DNA from: Mytilus edulis
Taxonomy: Eukaryota
Length of the DNA: 64,000 bases
NCBI RefSeq assembly: GCF_963676685.1
Contig: NC_092347.1
Span: 81,282,001 to 81,346,000, forward strand
Direction of reading: 5' to 3'
Made by a program: the position numbers and the translations under genes. The notes beneath the pieces were generated by a model. The model was not told the origin of the DNA, did not search any database, and saw only the letters and a list, made by a program, of their open reading frames with translations. How positions within the stretch are numbered: position 1 is the stretch's first letter; each line of letters starts with the position of its first letter. Below, piece after piece: positions 37,489-51,419 of the stretch.

Positions 37489-40400
37489 ATTCCATAATCC
37501 TATAGTTGTCTTGACTTCTGTCAGTATGCTGCCTGTAGATATTCAAGTTTCTTTGGTTTATAACTGTATAATGGTATATAAGAGTTATAAAGTAAGTTAA
37601 CAATTCGTTATGGAGGATCTGCTTTAAGGGAATGTTTACTAGCTCTTGCATAAAGAACATTTTCTGGACAGTTACATTTCCAGAACTTTAATTCCACCAA
37701 TTAGAAGGAGGAGGGTAAACTGGTTTCCATCTGTCTGAGTGTCCATCCGTCCCATCTATTTGTTGCATTTTTAAAATTTATTTTATTAGTGAGCAATAAC
37801 TCACAGTTCAACTTTTTTAACATGCTTGCCTTCATATATTTATGGTACTTTTGGTTCAATGGTATATTATTGTGATATATTATGACTTGGCATTGCCTTT
37901 TAGGTGACCTTAGTTCGAAGGAAGTATAGAGAACACCCTTATTCTTCTGACTGACAAGGTCACTTGTATAGTTCCTTCAAATCTGGTTTTATCAAGATAT
38001 TTGTATATGCATGAATTATATTTCTATTTATTTGTCACACTTGCTATGACTATGACCTTTGTAATGTGATATACAACAAACTGACAACATCAGATCATAT
38101 TTCACAGTATGTTTTTGTATAGGTGATTTTACATAATGTTTATTGTTATGGTTTGTAAAGTGATAGGATTTTCACAATGTATATTGATAATGTATTGTCC
38201 TTGATGGCTTTTGTTGTAGGTTTGTCAAACACTGTCACTAAAACAGGAAGCTCTAAGTTTCAAATGAGTTATGCTTGTTTTCAAGACAAGTCAAGTCAAG
38301 ATGTTTCTATGTCTTGCAAAAAAGTCTGTTTTTGAAATTTTAAATTCAAATTGATCTAAGTTACTGAAAATAATTATCAAAAAGTATGTTTTATATTATA
38401 ATCAATTTACAAGCATTGAGTGGTATCTTTTATAAAAGAAGAGGTGGTCTGATTCCCACTTTCCTACTCCCTACTCTCCTATTTCCCTATCCTTACTCCC
38501 AATTGAAAATAGGTAAAAAAAAAGTTCCCATGCTAATATCTATATTTTTACTCTCCCTCTTTCATAGTTCCAGTCCCCTGTCTCCTGCTCTCCTTCTGAA
38601 TTTCTTCTAGCCCCCTCATTCCCATGTTTCCTTACCTCGGTCCACCCCCTCATGAAAGAATCTTAAAGCTTTTTGATTGTGGTTTGCTTTTTTGCTTCAA
38701 AATCAACTTAATAAGTTTCTCTCACAATAAAATATACCTGCTATCTATAAAATTATGTAGTATTTATGTTGAAGTGACTGTTTATAATTAGTTTCTAGTT
38801 AAAGAAAACTGTACCGAAGAATCTTCCAAAAATATCATTTTCACTTTCTGATAAATAACATATTTGTACTACTATGTAAAGTGTTATAAAATTAATTGTT
38901 GTTTATCTGGTGTTTTTATTGAACTGGTAAAATGACAAATTCAAAATATATTGTTTATAAATGTCGATTTCTGGACTGGAATTTAAATGCTTTGAGTCAC
39001 AGCTAAACATTGGAGAAAAACATGAAATATCCTTTAAAGAATACATAAGCTGTTTAAAATTGGGAAATAATTTATATCTCAGATTATAAGTAACAAATGA
39101 ATCAAAGTTAGCTGGACAAGTGCCAAGTTTAAAATTCCATAATAAAAGGTTATCCTTAAAACTGAAATCTCGATTAGGTTTCAACTTATCCTTTCTTGAC
39201 TTACTTACCAAATCAAGAGGCTTTATCATTTCATTACACTTTGTGATATGTATTTTAAAACTTAATTGAATAAATTTCAAACTTATTTATTATGTACTTC
39301 AAATTGTCTAAATATGTGTGCGTTTCTCAATTTTTTGTGATAAAGAATTTTTTGACAATCAGCAAAGAGAGTGTGATCAAATGTAAAGAGGGCTGATACA
39401 ATTACTTAAAACAGTCATGGGGCTAACTTTCTTTTGCAGGTATTTAGGGGAGGGGGTAAAAATGAGAAAGTGGAAGATTATTTATATTATTCCTGTCATT
39501 TTTAAAGCAATTGCTTTTATGCCGTCGCGTATGGCCATCTTTGTGACCCAGATCAGAGACTCCGCCCAGATCAAGCCATAGTATTTTGTTAAACAGGCTC
39601 CTGGTCAGTCATTCTTTAACACCTATGTATGTTTTCTAATGCAATACATAGCTTGAAACTTTAAAAAAAAAGTTAGTGGATTTAAGAAGTTTCAGAATAT
39701 GTTCTTGTAGATGTATTTTTGTATTTAAAGGGTCAACCGTTTGACTATCAAATAACATAGAAGTCCGAGTGAAAAAAAGTACATTTTTATAAATGCGATT
39801 CCGTTTTCCGCCGTTCGTACGATGTTTCAACAAAATATGGATTCATTTCAGTTGTTGATTTAGTATTGAAAATTTAACTGAATTATCTCCTAATAAATAC
39901 GTTTTTTTATGTTTAATTTGTGTTTCTTTAAGAGGTCAGGTGCTCTTGTTCATTCATAAAATTATCGTTCATTCATACATTTATCGTAAAATCAAAATCA
40001 CTACACAGGTTAATGCGTAGTGTCAAATTATTACCTGTTATCTAAAAATAGACAAACTTTATTTGCGCAAATAATTTAGCGGAACGAAACCCTTGTTGAA
40101 AACACATAACAATAAGTTCGTTTTCCTTTTCTGTCAAAACTCCGTAATATTTATCAATCACCTTACTAATGAAATGGACCCGTCCAAACGTAGTAGATGC
40201 CAAGTCGGTCCAGATGAAGAGATATTTACAATTTGGAATTTTCTAGTTTATTAATACATAGATTGAAAAAAAGTACGTCTTTTTAAATATCATGATCAAA
40301 ACTGGGTTTGCATAACAAATGTCAGATGAAACCATTATCCTCGTCTTTTCAGTGAACAAGTCTACTACGTTTGTTGACACTCGACGGTCCACCGTGTTAG

Positions 40401-40508
40401 CAATTTTATTTCACATGTTTTCGAAATATTGAAGATCATTTTTCGCAATGTTTCCTGAAAATTGATAAATATCAAAGCAATGTAGAGCTGTTTGTTCTTG
40501 TTCGTATA

Positions 40509-40700
40509 ATAAAATTGAGAATGGAAATGGGGAATTTGTCAAAGAGACAACAACCCGACCATAGAAAAACATACAACAGCAGAATTAAGGTCACCAACAG
40601 GTCTTCAATGCAGCGAAAAATTCCCGCACCCAGAGGCGTCCTTCAGCTGGCCCCTATACAATATATATACTAGTTCAGTGATAACAATTTAATGTCATGT
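40509..40700 (-). mobile_element. Family B 3'-end fragment
   Basis: Reverse complement of about 21905-22083. Confidence 0.85.
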
Positions 40701-40762
40701 TTGTCTGTGATGACCCCCCTTTTCGGGATTGCATGAGAATTGTAGTTATCTCGTACCCACAT

Positions 40763-40850
40763 GCACTTGTTTCTATCCATAGGAAGGTCGACTATCCATA
40801 TAAAACTATTTATATGGATAATCGACCTTCCTATGGATAGAAACAAGTGC
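40763..40850. repeat. Near-perfect 88-bp palindrome
   Basis: GCACTTGTTTCTATCCATAGGAAGGTCGA...TCGACCTTCCTATGGATAGAAACAAGTGC with a very short loop. Confidence 0.92.
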
Positions 40851-42989
40851 CTGTGCTCGTACCACATCAGAAGGACACATATCAACTGAGCAATAATGTT
40901 TGGAACTTAGTTTTAAAAATGATGACAAAGTAACATTATGAAAATATTTTTATTAAGCTGAAATATACATTTATTCTTTACATGTTTATGTCTTGTAAGA
41001 TATTTTATTTCTTTCCCGTTTTTTAACATTTGCGTCTGGAAAGTTGAAATGTTTTAACTTAATCATTTGTGTTAATGGTTAAATATAAATTAATAATGAA
41101 AATTGTTAAAATTAAATCAATAAAGGAAATTATTGCCAAGGAAGTTACAAACACTACCAGGGGATAATCCATGATGATTTCTTTTTGGGTTATATGTTTC
41201 AGCACATGTATATTTGACCCCAACTTTAGCCTGGTAAACGTGTTGTCTCCTTGTGAAATATAAAACATATTAAAAATGACTTTCTGCTAAAGTCTTTTAT
41301 TTATATAAAGTTAAAACCTTCTTACTTTTAACTAGACAACACTCATGTCAGGTTTAATTCTTGTATATATGTGGATGAAAAATAAAAGTCCCCAAACATT
41401 AACATGGCAGCAATTGCTTTTACAGCCTTTAAGGCTATGATTCTTGCCAGTTGAGAAGCCTGTGATGTTCAGCAAGTAGGTGCCCAATATGATTAGTGTC
41501 CAGCCATAATCCCTTCAATTTTATAAGCATATGAATAAAGTCTGTAAAAAGAGATTTTACTGATAAAGTCAACTCTTAATAATTTTCAGAGGTTTTTTTT
41601 AGAAAGATATATAGATATGAAAAGATTTCTAGAAGAATTTGTCAGAAATAACACCATGTCACATGTTACAGTTAAGTGATGTTTGACAATGTGTAGTTCT
41701 TTGTAGGAAAGGTGTGACTGTTACTGTAGTTAACAAATGGTCTTAATAGGGTCAGGGTTGAGATCTCAAATTCTAGGTTAATCCTGTCACATATTCATGT
41801 ACCTGCCCCAAGTCGTGAGTAACCTCATATTTGATTGCTTTAGTACCTACATGTATCTGAGTTCCTATATCATACCTTATGCTTATTTGGATAATTTTGT
41901 GCTGATTACAGATATTAAATCATCAGTTTCTATTTAATTTGTTATATTTAGAGTTTTTAGACATCAACAACAATACATGTACTTCTAAGAATGATTTTTA
42001 TCAAGTATACACTAGTGTATCAGTACATCATAGCTTGACCATAAGTTCTTTGATATGAAACATTTCAGTTTTTTTGTCACTCTCCCCTTAAAAGAAAGAG
42101 TGTACTTTGATCTAGAAGCTTCTTTGTTTTTCTTCTTTTTGGGGATCAAATTGCTTCACTGACTGTTTGTCAATAGGTTCTTGAATTCTGCATTGAAACT
42201 TTATTTTTCTTTCTGCCAGAAAATGTGTATCAAAGTTTTTAGAAGATGTAAAGTGGGTCAATGAATTGTTTTTAATTTGTATCTATATATGACCTGTTAT
42301 TTTAAATGCCTTTACGTCCATATTTAAACTTAACTGAGAAGCTTATTTTCCTTTACTTAGTTTATGCTTTGAGTACAAATGATCTTTATCAAATATTTGT
42401 AGCTCAAACTAATTTGAAAAGTTATAAAAGGAGACACATTCAACACCGAAGCAATTGATCAGCATTTATTGAATACTATTAGGATATGCCTTTTGAAATT
42501 GTAAATTTTATAATCAAAAAGTCTTTTTACAAAGTTTAAAAGGTGCTTTAATGACTCGTTATTAAAGTTTAAATCATTCGTTTTGAAGGATTGGACCATG
42601 GTTTGAATATGACTGGTAAATAAAGGCAATGTATGATTGGGGGGAGTGGACTAAGGTTTGGTTGTGAAAAATACTTATTACACCAAAAACATTTTAATAA
42701 AATTCCTATATATAACTAATTTGAAATACAAGAAGCAAAAAATACTTCAGTCAAACAGTTTTTGGCCAGCCATAAAGTATACATACAAATTTGTCCTTCA
42801 TTAATTAAAGCTCTAACTGTCCCAAATGGTTTAATTTGTGCTTTACTATTTATCATTTAGATCATTAAAAACATCTTCCACTGGGATATTATTGTAAAGG
42901 TCTATACATTTCAGTTGTCATATTATAGTGACTTCCAACATTGTAAATATTGTTTTTAAGATAAATATAAAACAAACTGGTTCAGTTTT

Positions 42990-43231
42990 TGGTTGCTGAC
43001 TGTCTTATTTGTTTTTGAGTTTATTAGTAATTTGGTTGTTAATCAGGCTGTTGATTTTTTTGTTGGAATTGTTAAACATTTTGTCATGTCTGAATTTTTA
43101 GTTTTTATAGCAGACTACCTGGGTTTACAGTATGAGTTTTGCTCATTGTTGAAGACCATAGTGACAATAGTTACTTTAATCCATGTCATTTTGACTTTGT
43201 TTGAGGAGTTGACTCAATACCACATCTCCTT
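42990..43231 (+). mobile_element. Family A decayed copy (sense orientation)
   Basis: TTTTGCTCATTGTTGAAGACC...ATACCACATCTCCTT is the reverse complement of the family A end. Confidence 0.65.
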
Positions 43232-46200
43232 ACTTTATATGCATAGACAAGGTTCTTGTTATTGATAACTTAAAACGGGGAGGGTGGAAATTAGATTCAA
43301 AACTTTTATTAAGATTGTCTACAGATACAAACTTGAGTTGTATCACTATTGGCCATGAAAAAACTTGACAAAATATAAGAAGGGCAGTAAATCGTAAGAT
43401 TAAACAAGACATTTGTGAAAATAAACAGGGGACTGCAACAGCATAAAAAGTGTGATGTAGCAAAGATTTAGGGGAAAAGTTATCTTAATGTTTTTATTAA
43501 TTAAGGTTTTGAAATAATACAAATGATTTCTTTTTGGAAATTGACAGGATGGGAACCATATGAAGATCGTAAGTTTCCATTATAAAGTTTGCTGTAATAA
43601 TGTACATGTATGAATGTGTGATGCATGTGTAGAAACACAACTTTCATGTGTAGACACAAAAACCTATTAAGTTTTGACACATGAAAACCCTTCTCTATTT
43701 AGACATTGGAAATATCTTTCAAAGTTAGATATTTGATTCTTTAAATTTTTAAGACACTGCAAGATGAGTTGCTTTTATTTATTTATTCTTTGCTAAAACT
43801 TGCCTAGATAATTATGGTAATTTTGAATTCTATTTTTGCACTTTTTAAGTTTTATTTTGTTTTCTTAGACAAGGTAGAGTCTAACAGTGAGTCATTTCCT
43901 TTGTAGAAAATCCTTTCCTTGTCTGTCTCGGCATCAAATTATTATGGAAACCAATTAGCTTTAACTTAAAAAATTCACATCTGTAGAATTAATGAAACTA
44001 GATAAATCTTAGATAATCTAATATACTTACTTATAATAATAGTATTCCAGATATTTTATCAAAAGTAGATTTTATACCAATGTGTAACATTTACTTTTAA
44101 AGAAAAAGCCTCATTAAAGCTAGATGGATTTATTAAATGGTAGAATTTACAGTTGTTTGCAGCATTTAAATAGAACAGCAATAACATTTGTATTGTTTAT
44201 TCATAATCAAATTGAAAATTTTAACTATTAATAACAAATGGATGCATGGTTGTTGTACCACTTGAAATAGCATGTGGATGAAAGTGTATGATTGAAACAA
44301 CCTAATAAAATGTTTTCCAATACAGGGAGATAACTCTTTAATTTAAGATTTGTTACCTTTATGTACACATTATTCCTTTGTTTTATAAGTTGTCATTGTC
44401 AAAGTTCCTAACTCTACAGGAGTGAATTACTGAGTATAGTTGTTAATTTTACTTCAGTAAATTATTTTAATTGATTAAAGTTGGTATAAGGCATTTTTCA
44501 GACACTGCAGTTTTAAGATGCTGTACAATAGGAAAAAGTAGTAAAATGGAAAAAAATATATTGTTTTTTTATTTTTTATTTCCATCAATTTCTGAAATGT
44601 TCTCCTCAATTTATGCATGATACTATATTTTTAAAGCTAGCTAAGTGATAAATCTATTAGTGAAATCTCCTTATCTTGTAATTGCATGTTTATACTGTAT
44701 ACATATAAAACATGTTGTGTTTTTATGCTTGGAGCACTTGTTATTTCGTTCAGCGGTAAATTGGGACCATGTATCAGTTATATTCATCTTAATAACGAAT
44801 AATGCTGGACTGGTGATGGAAGCTTCAGGGAGAATGACTTACACTAATTAAAGCTATGAATAATTTTATGTATGTAATCAAGATTATTGGGAAGGTAGAT
44901 ACATGTAGTACAGAATTTCAAATTGTTTATAAGATATAATCAGATCAACTCGATTCAATTTGTATTTAAATCAATTTATTGACGTCTTCTTCTTTTGGAC
45001 AGGAATCTCTTAATACACCCAGAACAACCAATTGTTATTGTGGTTTCTATCAAAACATCCGATTCATCAATTCAATCAGCCTTTTATAAGCTCATATATA
45101 GGTTGTCTCATTGGAAATCATTCAACATTTTCATATTTTTGCAAAAATGTTGCTCTTAGATGACAGCAATCAAAAACATATTACTTAAGACATGTCATTC
45201 TCTAATGCAAGTAAATAAAACAGAATTTATTTTAGGACATTTACCTTTACAAAAGAATTAAATATAATTGTAAATATTTTATCCTTTTGATAAATAAATT
45301 CTAAGTATATAGGTGTAAAACAGTTATCTTTCTTTGAATCTGTTTGAATGACAGAACAAATCATAAGGATTTTTGAGAACATTTTGTTAAAGAATGAAGT
45401 GCACTGAAATACAATAGGTACAGAAATGACCTTAACATAGCAAGTTGTATATATGTACATTTTAATCTTTGATTTGTTAAGAAAATAATCGATGCATTGT
45501 TAAACTGTTGAATAACTTAGGTTCAATGGGTTTTATATACACTATAGAACATGTTATGTTTATTATGGATATAACTATAACTGAAATAATTCATTACAAA
45601 TACATTGAAAAATCAAGGGGGTCTTTTTATCCAGATGCTTGCATTGCAAAAATTATGTAAAAGATGATACAGATCAGACTTTTTTTACATAGATTATGTA
45701 AACAACTATAGGTCACTGTATGTTAATTAACTTCATTCACCCTGAATGATAAAGGAAATATCTTAAACAATTTTCTAATATCATACATATCATATGACAA
45801 CTTAAGAATCTTACTGAATTTATACACAGTTTAGTGAGCCGAGATTTTCTATTTGATAGTTCAATTTTTTTATGCCACTGATGTAGGGGAGGGGGGCATT
45901 AAGTGTGACCCTAGACTGTCTGTCTTTCCATCCTTCTGTCTTCAATCTGTCAGTCTGTTCCATTTCAAAACTTGAGCAAGGGTATTGGTGACCTCAGACA
46001 CGTTTTACTTGTATTTTAACTTAGTTTCTTTAAGCTGTTTGGTCCTATATTTTTCATATTTCATACAATAACATGTTTTGAAATGACACAGGACAATCAT
46101 AGCATGCCCCTATAACAAATGAACATGACTCAGCTGTTTATGAAGTCATGGAATGTTGATATACTCAAAAGCTAAAATATCAATATAATCTTCTGTAGAC

Positions 46201-46288
46201 TTCATGTGAATCTTGAAGTTTAAATTCTCCATTCCAGTTAGATTATCATGATTTAAAAATATGAATTAAAGGAAATGTGTATGCATCT

Positions 46289-46732
46289 GGTCCGAGACCA
46301 CAATTGTCGTCCCTTGATTTTCGTAGTTCACAAATATAGTGTTGACATTAATTTTTATACCCCTTCCAAATTTATTTCTCCATGTTTAATGCCTCAAATT
46401 GCAAGTAGGGGAGGGGGGTGGGGGTGATGAAATTACACTGTAAAAAACATTTGGGTCCAGAATTTTAAAGGAAAGTTGTGATTTGGTCCAGCTGAAAAAG
46501 GTTAAAAATTAGCACTTCGGAAGCTGTCAAAAGATTTCAAGACGCCCTAAACATAAAATTGTCCATATTTTGAGTTAGAGCCAATGAAGTTTTCTATGAT
46601 TTTGATATAATTTGTCCCAAAAGTAGTACAACACACTGTAAAAGATTCTTTGAGAAAGCGTAGGTGGGATTTTTTAAATTTTCATTTACGTTCTAAAAGA
46701 AATGCACTACGAAATAATTGTGGTCTCAGACC
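46289..46732. mobile_element. MITE with 4-bp target-site duplication
   Basis: GGTCCGAGACCACAATT / AATTGTGGTCTCAGACC TIRs flanked by ATCT on both sides. Confidence 0.8.
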
Positions 46733-48897
46733 ATCTATTTACAAAGCTACTCAATAACACCCCAAAAAAAGCTAGAGGTCAACAAATAATCTTCAACTAT
46801 GATAATGTTGTCTCCCCTCAATGCTAAGTTAGATTTGATTGATTTTAACAGACTAGTATCAAAAAATGGTCATCAACACAAAATTCTTCCAGTGACAAAA
46901 AACAATATAAGATAAAAAGACAACAGGCTCGTAGCCAGGAATTTCCACATGGGGTTCAATACAATCATACTCAACTTTAACAGTTATAATTCAAATAGAA
47001 CGTTGACTTTCATGCAAATTTGTTTTTAAGGGGGTTTCATACAAACCCCTATACTCCCCCTTTTACCCCTTTTCCCCCTTTCCCCCTGGCTACGGGTGTG
47101 GATAAATACTGTTGAGGCTCCTAGCTCTGGACATGCATATGAACATATGGCAGGTTTGAACCATACGTTGAACAAAACAAAACACATAATTATGTACATG
47201 AATAATACTAAATTTTAGGTTTGATTGATTGACATATTTCTTCAAATCATTCAGAACCCATAGAGTTTGTCATGGTTTTGATAAGGGTAGAATGTAAGGG
47301 AATTAATCAAGCCTTTGGTGTTTATTTCAATAAGGGTTATCTTTTCAGCAGTAATCTTTGTAAACACCACATAACGTTACAACCAAGGAAAGAGTTCAGG
47401 TGTCTTTGTATGATACACTCTCAAATGATATGATCTTTTCTTCTTATTATTAAAGATCGATACATTATGAGAGCTCTTGATAAAATAATAAGTGACGTTA
47501 TTTTCAAAATATTTATTTATCTTCTAGTTAAACTCCTGGGTCAATAAAGATTAACGAAATCTCTGTGAAAACTTTGTCACCAAAATTTATACTAATTTTT
47601 TTTGGGATAATTGCAAGGTTAAGGTAAGGAGCAGAAATTGATTTTGTAAAATATTTGGTGTTGAAATTTTATAGGGATTTTTTTTCTATTTTCATGGTAA
47701 ACTTTCTTGTTGTCTTTTAAGTTTGCAATAATGGGAGAAAAATTAGATTAGAAAAGCAAAATTTTATGCAAAGTTTGCATATTATTTTGCATATTATTTC
47801 AAAATAGTCAAATTTCATTGAAACAACTGCAGCTTCTTAAATAGTAAAGCATTCATGAAAACAAAGAGAAAAATCTCTCCTGGGTTCATTGATAGTATGC
47901 TATAATAAAATTAATACATGTATAGGTAACTTTTGTATTTTATTGCAAGCATTTAACTATTCGGAAAATTAATTATTTATAAAACCTCTTTATTATTATA
48001 TTTGCTGATTGTTTATTTAATAAGATTGATATACAGTTTAAGATTTATAGCTATTGTTGTTCACTGCTAGGTTCCGTTATTACTATTTGTCAAACCTTTA
48101 ATTTATTGTGACTCGTCGAAAGAATTCAATGTGAAATCAGATATACTGGTTTATATGGTAAAAATCATAGTTCAAATCTTTTATAACTGATGATTATGTT
48201 TTATATTATTTAATATAAGATCGTTCCATTTGATGTAGGTACCGTAGTTTTTCAGTTAAACTAATCTGAGTAATTTTGATTAATTAAATAAATTCATACT
48301 TATATGATCTATTATAAGAATATTTACGACCAAAACTACTTCAAGCCACATTTAAAAAATTATTTATGAAAAAATCAAATGTTACAGTATCCTTTTAACA
48401 ATTTACATAGGTCATATGGTAGGACATTAGATTTGTTACTGTTTTATGCATTGACCTTTCTTCTTTGAATAAGTCTGCGGAAATCTGCCAAAGGAGAGAG
48501 TAATAGATACCTTATGATATAGAATGTGACGTTGTGGTCTATTGTCACACGGAATTGTTTTTATAAGGTGTATGGATCTATTGTCAAAACAAGGATATAC
48601 GTGGAATAAAAATTCTACCATGAGAGAAATTTTAATTGGGATATATTAAGAGTTTTAAAGGTAGGAATTTGTTACAAAAGTCAATGTTTTAATAAAGTTT
48701 AAAAACATTTGCATAGTCCCCATTGAAATGGCCGAACTTGAAAAACTTGGAACAGGCCTGTTACATAAATATCATTACAGTTAATCATACTAATAAAAAA
48801 CATGACAAATTATTGTAAGTAGTCTTTGAAATTTTAAATTCATAAAATCTATTGTATGCTTATTCTTGAACAACATGTTTCGATTAACAAAGCCTTG

Positions 48898-49721
48898 TTA
48901 TTGCGAACCCTATCTTAGTTTTCCATAGATTCACCTGCAAGTTACCTGTCCATTTAAACTTTTGGCAGTTCTATTGTCCCATCTAACAAATACAACAGGT
49001 ATTGTTCTCTGTTTAGTTTATTTGATGGGACCTTTAAATTTCTTCCAAGAGAAATATATCACTCATTGATTAATTTACCTGAACAAAAAATTGAACTGTC
49101 AATGAAGACAAAATAATTATACCAATACTAAGTAAGGACTCACAAAACTGCATGTGGTGTTGTATTTATTCGATACCTGGAGTAACTCGTTTTTAATGTG
49201 TTCAATATTACATTTGTAATACTGATTCAAAAATTAAAAGTTGATTTCTGATCAAATATTCAATATTTTTGTGTGTTTGATAAATAAAAATTTGAATATT
49301 ATTATTTTTAAATTAAGGTCTTCATAAACATAAGTCTATAAATGAACAACAACAAAAACATGTAAATTCATTGGAAAATACTAAAAAATGTGTCTGAAAT
49401 AAACTTTTTAATATTAAACCAGATTTTATATTGAACAGATTGAAAATATATTAATAATATTGAATAAATACAATATTGCATACAGTTTATGTGAGTTATT
49501 AGAAGTATTTCAATAAAAAAGAAGATAATTTTTTGGTCAGGTAAATTAATCAATGAGTGATATATTTCTCCTAGAAGAAATTTAAAGGTCCCAGTGAATA
49601 AACTACACAGAGAACAATACCTGTTGTATTTGTTCGATGGGACAATAGAACTGCCAAAAGTTTAAATCGACAGGTAACTTGCAGGTGAATCTATGGAAAA
49701 CTAAGATAGGGTTCGCAATAA
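48898..49721. mobile_element. Foldback-type element with about 185-bp inverted arms
   Basis: 48898-49082 is a near-perfect reverse complement of 49537-49721. Confidence 0.88.
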
Positions 49722-51363
49722 AAGTATAGTAATTGGAATGACAAATGAATTTTCTTGATTTATTTGATCAGCTTTTAACCTAAATAAAATATCCCTTTGT
49801 ACCAATATTCATAAAGGAAGACTTATAATGGTACAAAAAAGGTATTTATTATATATCACATTAGAATTTAGCTTAGAACTTGATAATTATGCCGCATATT
49901 AGAAAAAAATTAATAGATTTCATTGAAATATTTTCCTGCAACAGAAAAAAAGATCATAAATGATTGTATGAAGAGTTCACAATTTATTTATTTCACTAAC
50001 ATATTTTATATATGGCTATCCATAATGTTATTTAGAGAGCAGAGGCCATCTTTATTTTGTTGTTTTGCATAGGTCCCAAATTGAAGCCAATGTGGTGCAG
50101 GGGGGTTCGATCACATTCCCTTTTTATTGCTGTTAACTCCTGATTTCCTTATTGGCTTATTTTAATGTACTCTAATCACAAGAACTGCCAGGTTTAGTGC
50201 CCCCCCTTTTTACTAATAAAATTGCACCCCATTGAGGAGTCCTGGCTACCAGCCCTGTAAACTATGGTTAAATATTTAAAAGATTCTTCAACTTTGAAGA
50301 TGAAGTACTCTTCTATTTTACATGGTCTTCCCCTATTATATAATACATTTTTATGTCCCAGCTTTAAGAGTTGCGGGGGACATGGAAATATCGAGTACTG
50401 TCCTTCCAGTCTTGTTAGCTCTCTCAAAGGTACAAATCTTGCTAGATTTTTATAAAATTTAATACCAGCTATATATTGGACAAGTTATATTGGTGGACCA
50501 TCAACTTTTTTTAAAAGGGTTATGTCCCTTGGAAATATTAAATAAGCGCAACGTGGGGGACATTGGAACTCTGTTCTTTTATATTTAATTTTTTCTGACT
50601 CAAGGTAAAGAAAAGAAGGTGTGAAAATATAGGATATAATATTATTATATTTATCGATATGAATCCACATTCTTGTTTCATAAATTTAACATTTAAAATC
50701 AATTACGTGATTGGATTACTAATGCTAGACTTTAATTGGGAGTAAAATATATGTTATTAAATTGACTTAAAAATAATGGCAATTTTAATAATTTTAAATT
50801 TGTAATTGATTACTTTTTTCTCTCTCTCAAAGAATTCGTATATAATAAAGTCAAATTCTACTTGTGTTGACTTCCTCAATAAAAAGTAGTTTTATCGATA
50901 TGAAATTTATTACAACTAATTTACATATTTATTAAAAGGTTTTGAGACCAGTTATTTGATTTAAATTAATTGTTTAATATGTTCATATTTCCAGAAGCTG
51001 TTAACTCGTTGAATATAAATGTTATGGGGAAAAAAATAAGTGTTTTTTTTTCCCCCAGGGATTGCTAACATATGATGTTAAGGATATTCATAAAAAATAA
51101 ATTAGGAAGGTTTTTTTTCCTCAGCATTAAATTATATTTCATTGCTTGGTTTAAAGGCTTTGTGTTCCATAAATGAGATACTGTACTGAAGATAGAAAAG
51201 CAATGGTGTTTTGCATACACAAATAGATTGCTAATTTTCTAATGATGAATTGGACAGAGAAACTATGTATTGGGGGAAAAAAAGGCCCTTTTCTGTCACA
51301 TATAACTTAACCACAAATAGTCTGTTGGGTATAACTGATGTATTTACATGTTTATATTTACAG

Positions 51364-51419
51364 AACCAGAGCAGTTGTACATACCTCCAGAATATGAACA
51401 CAACGAACAGTCTTACAAG
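51364..51419 (+). CDS. KNDC1: KNDC1 coding exon 2 (56 nt; EPEQLYIPPEYEHNEQSYK)
   Basis: tttacag| acceptor and AAG|GTAAGG donor. Phase 1 to phase 0 joins the flanking exons in frame. Contains the KIND (F/Y)xPPE motif. Confidence 0.9.

Larger units (their letters stand above)
39500..41446 (+). mobile_element. Helentron-like non-autonomous element with nested insertions
   Basis: AGCAATTGCTTTTA at both ends; 3' hairpin AGCCT-TTA-AGGCT then TTCTTG; CpG-richer than the surrounding intron. Confidence 0.5.
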
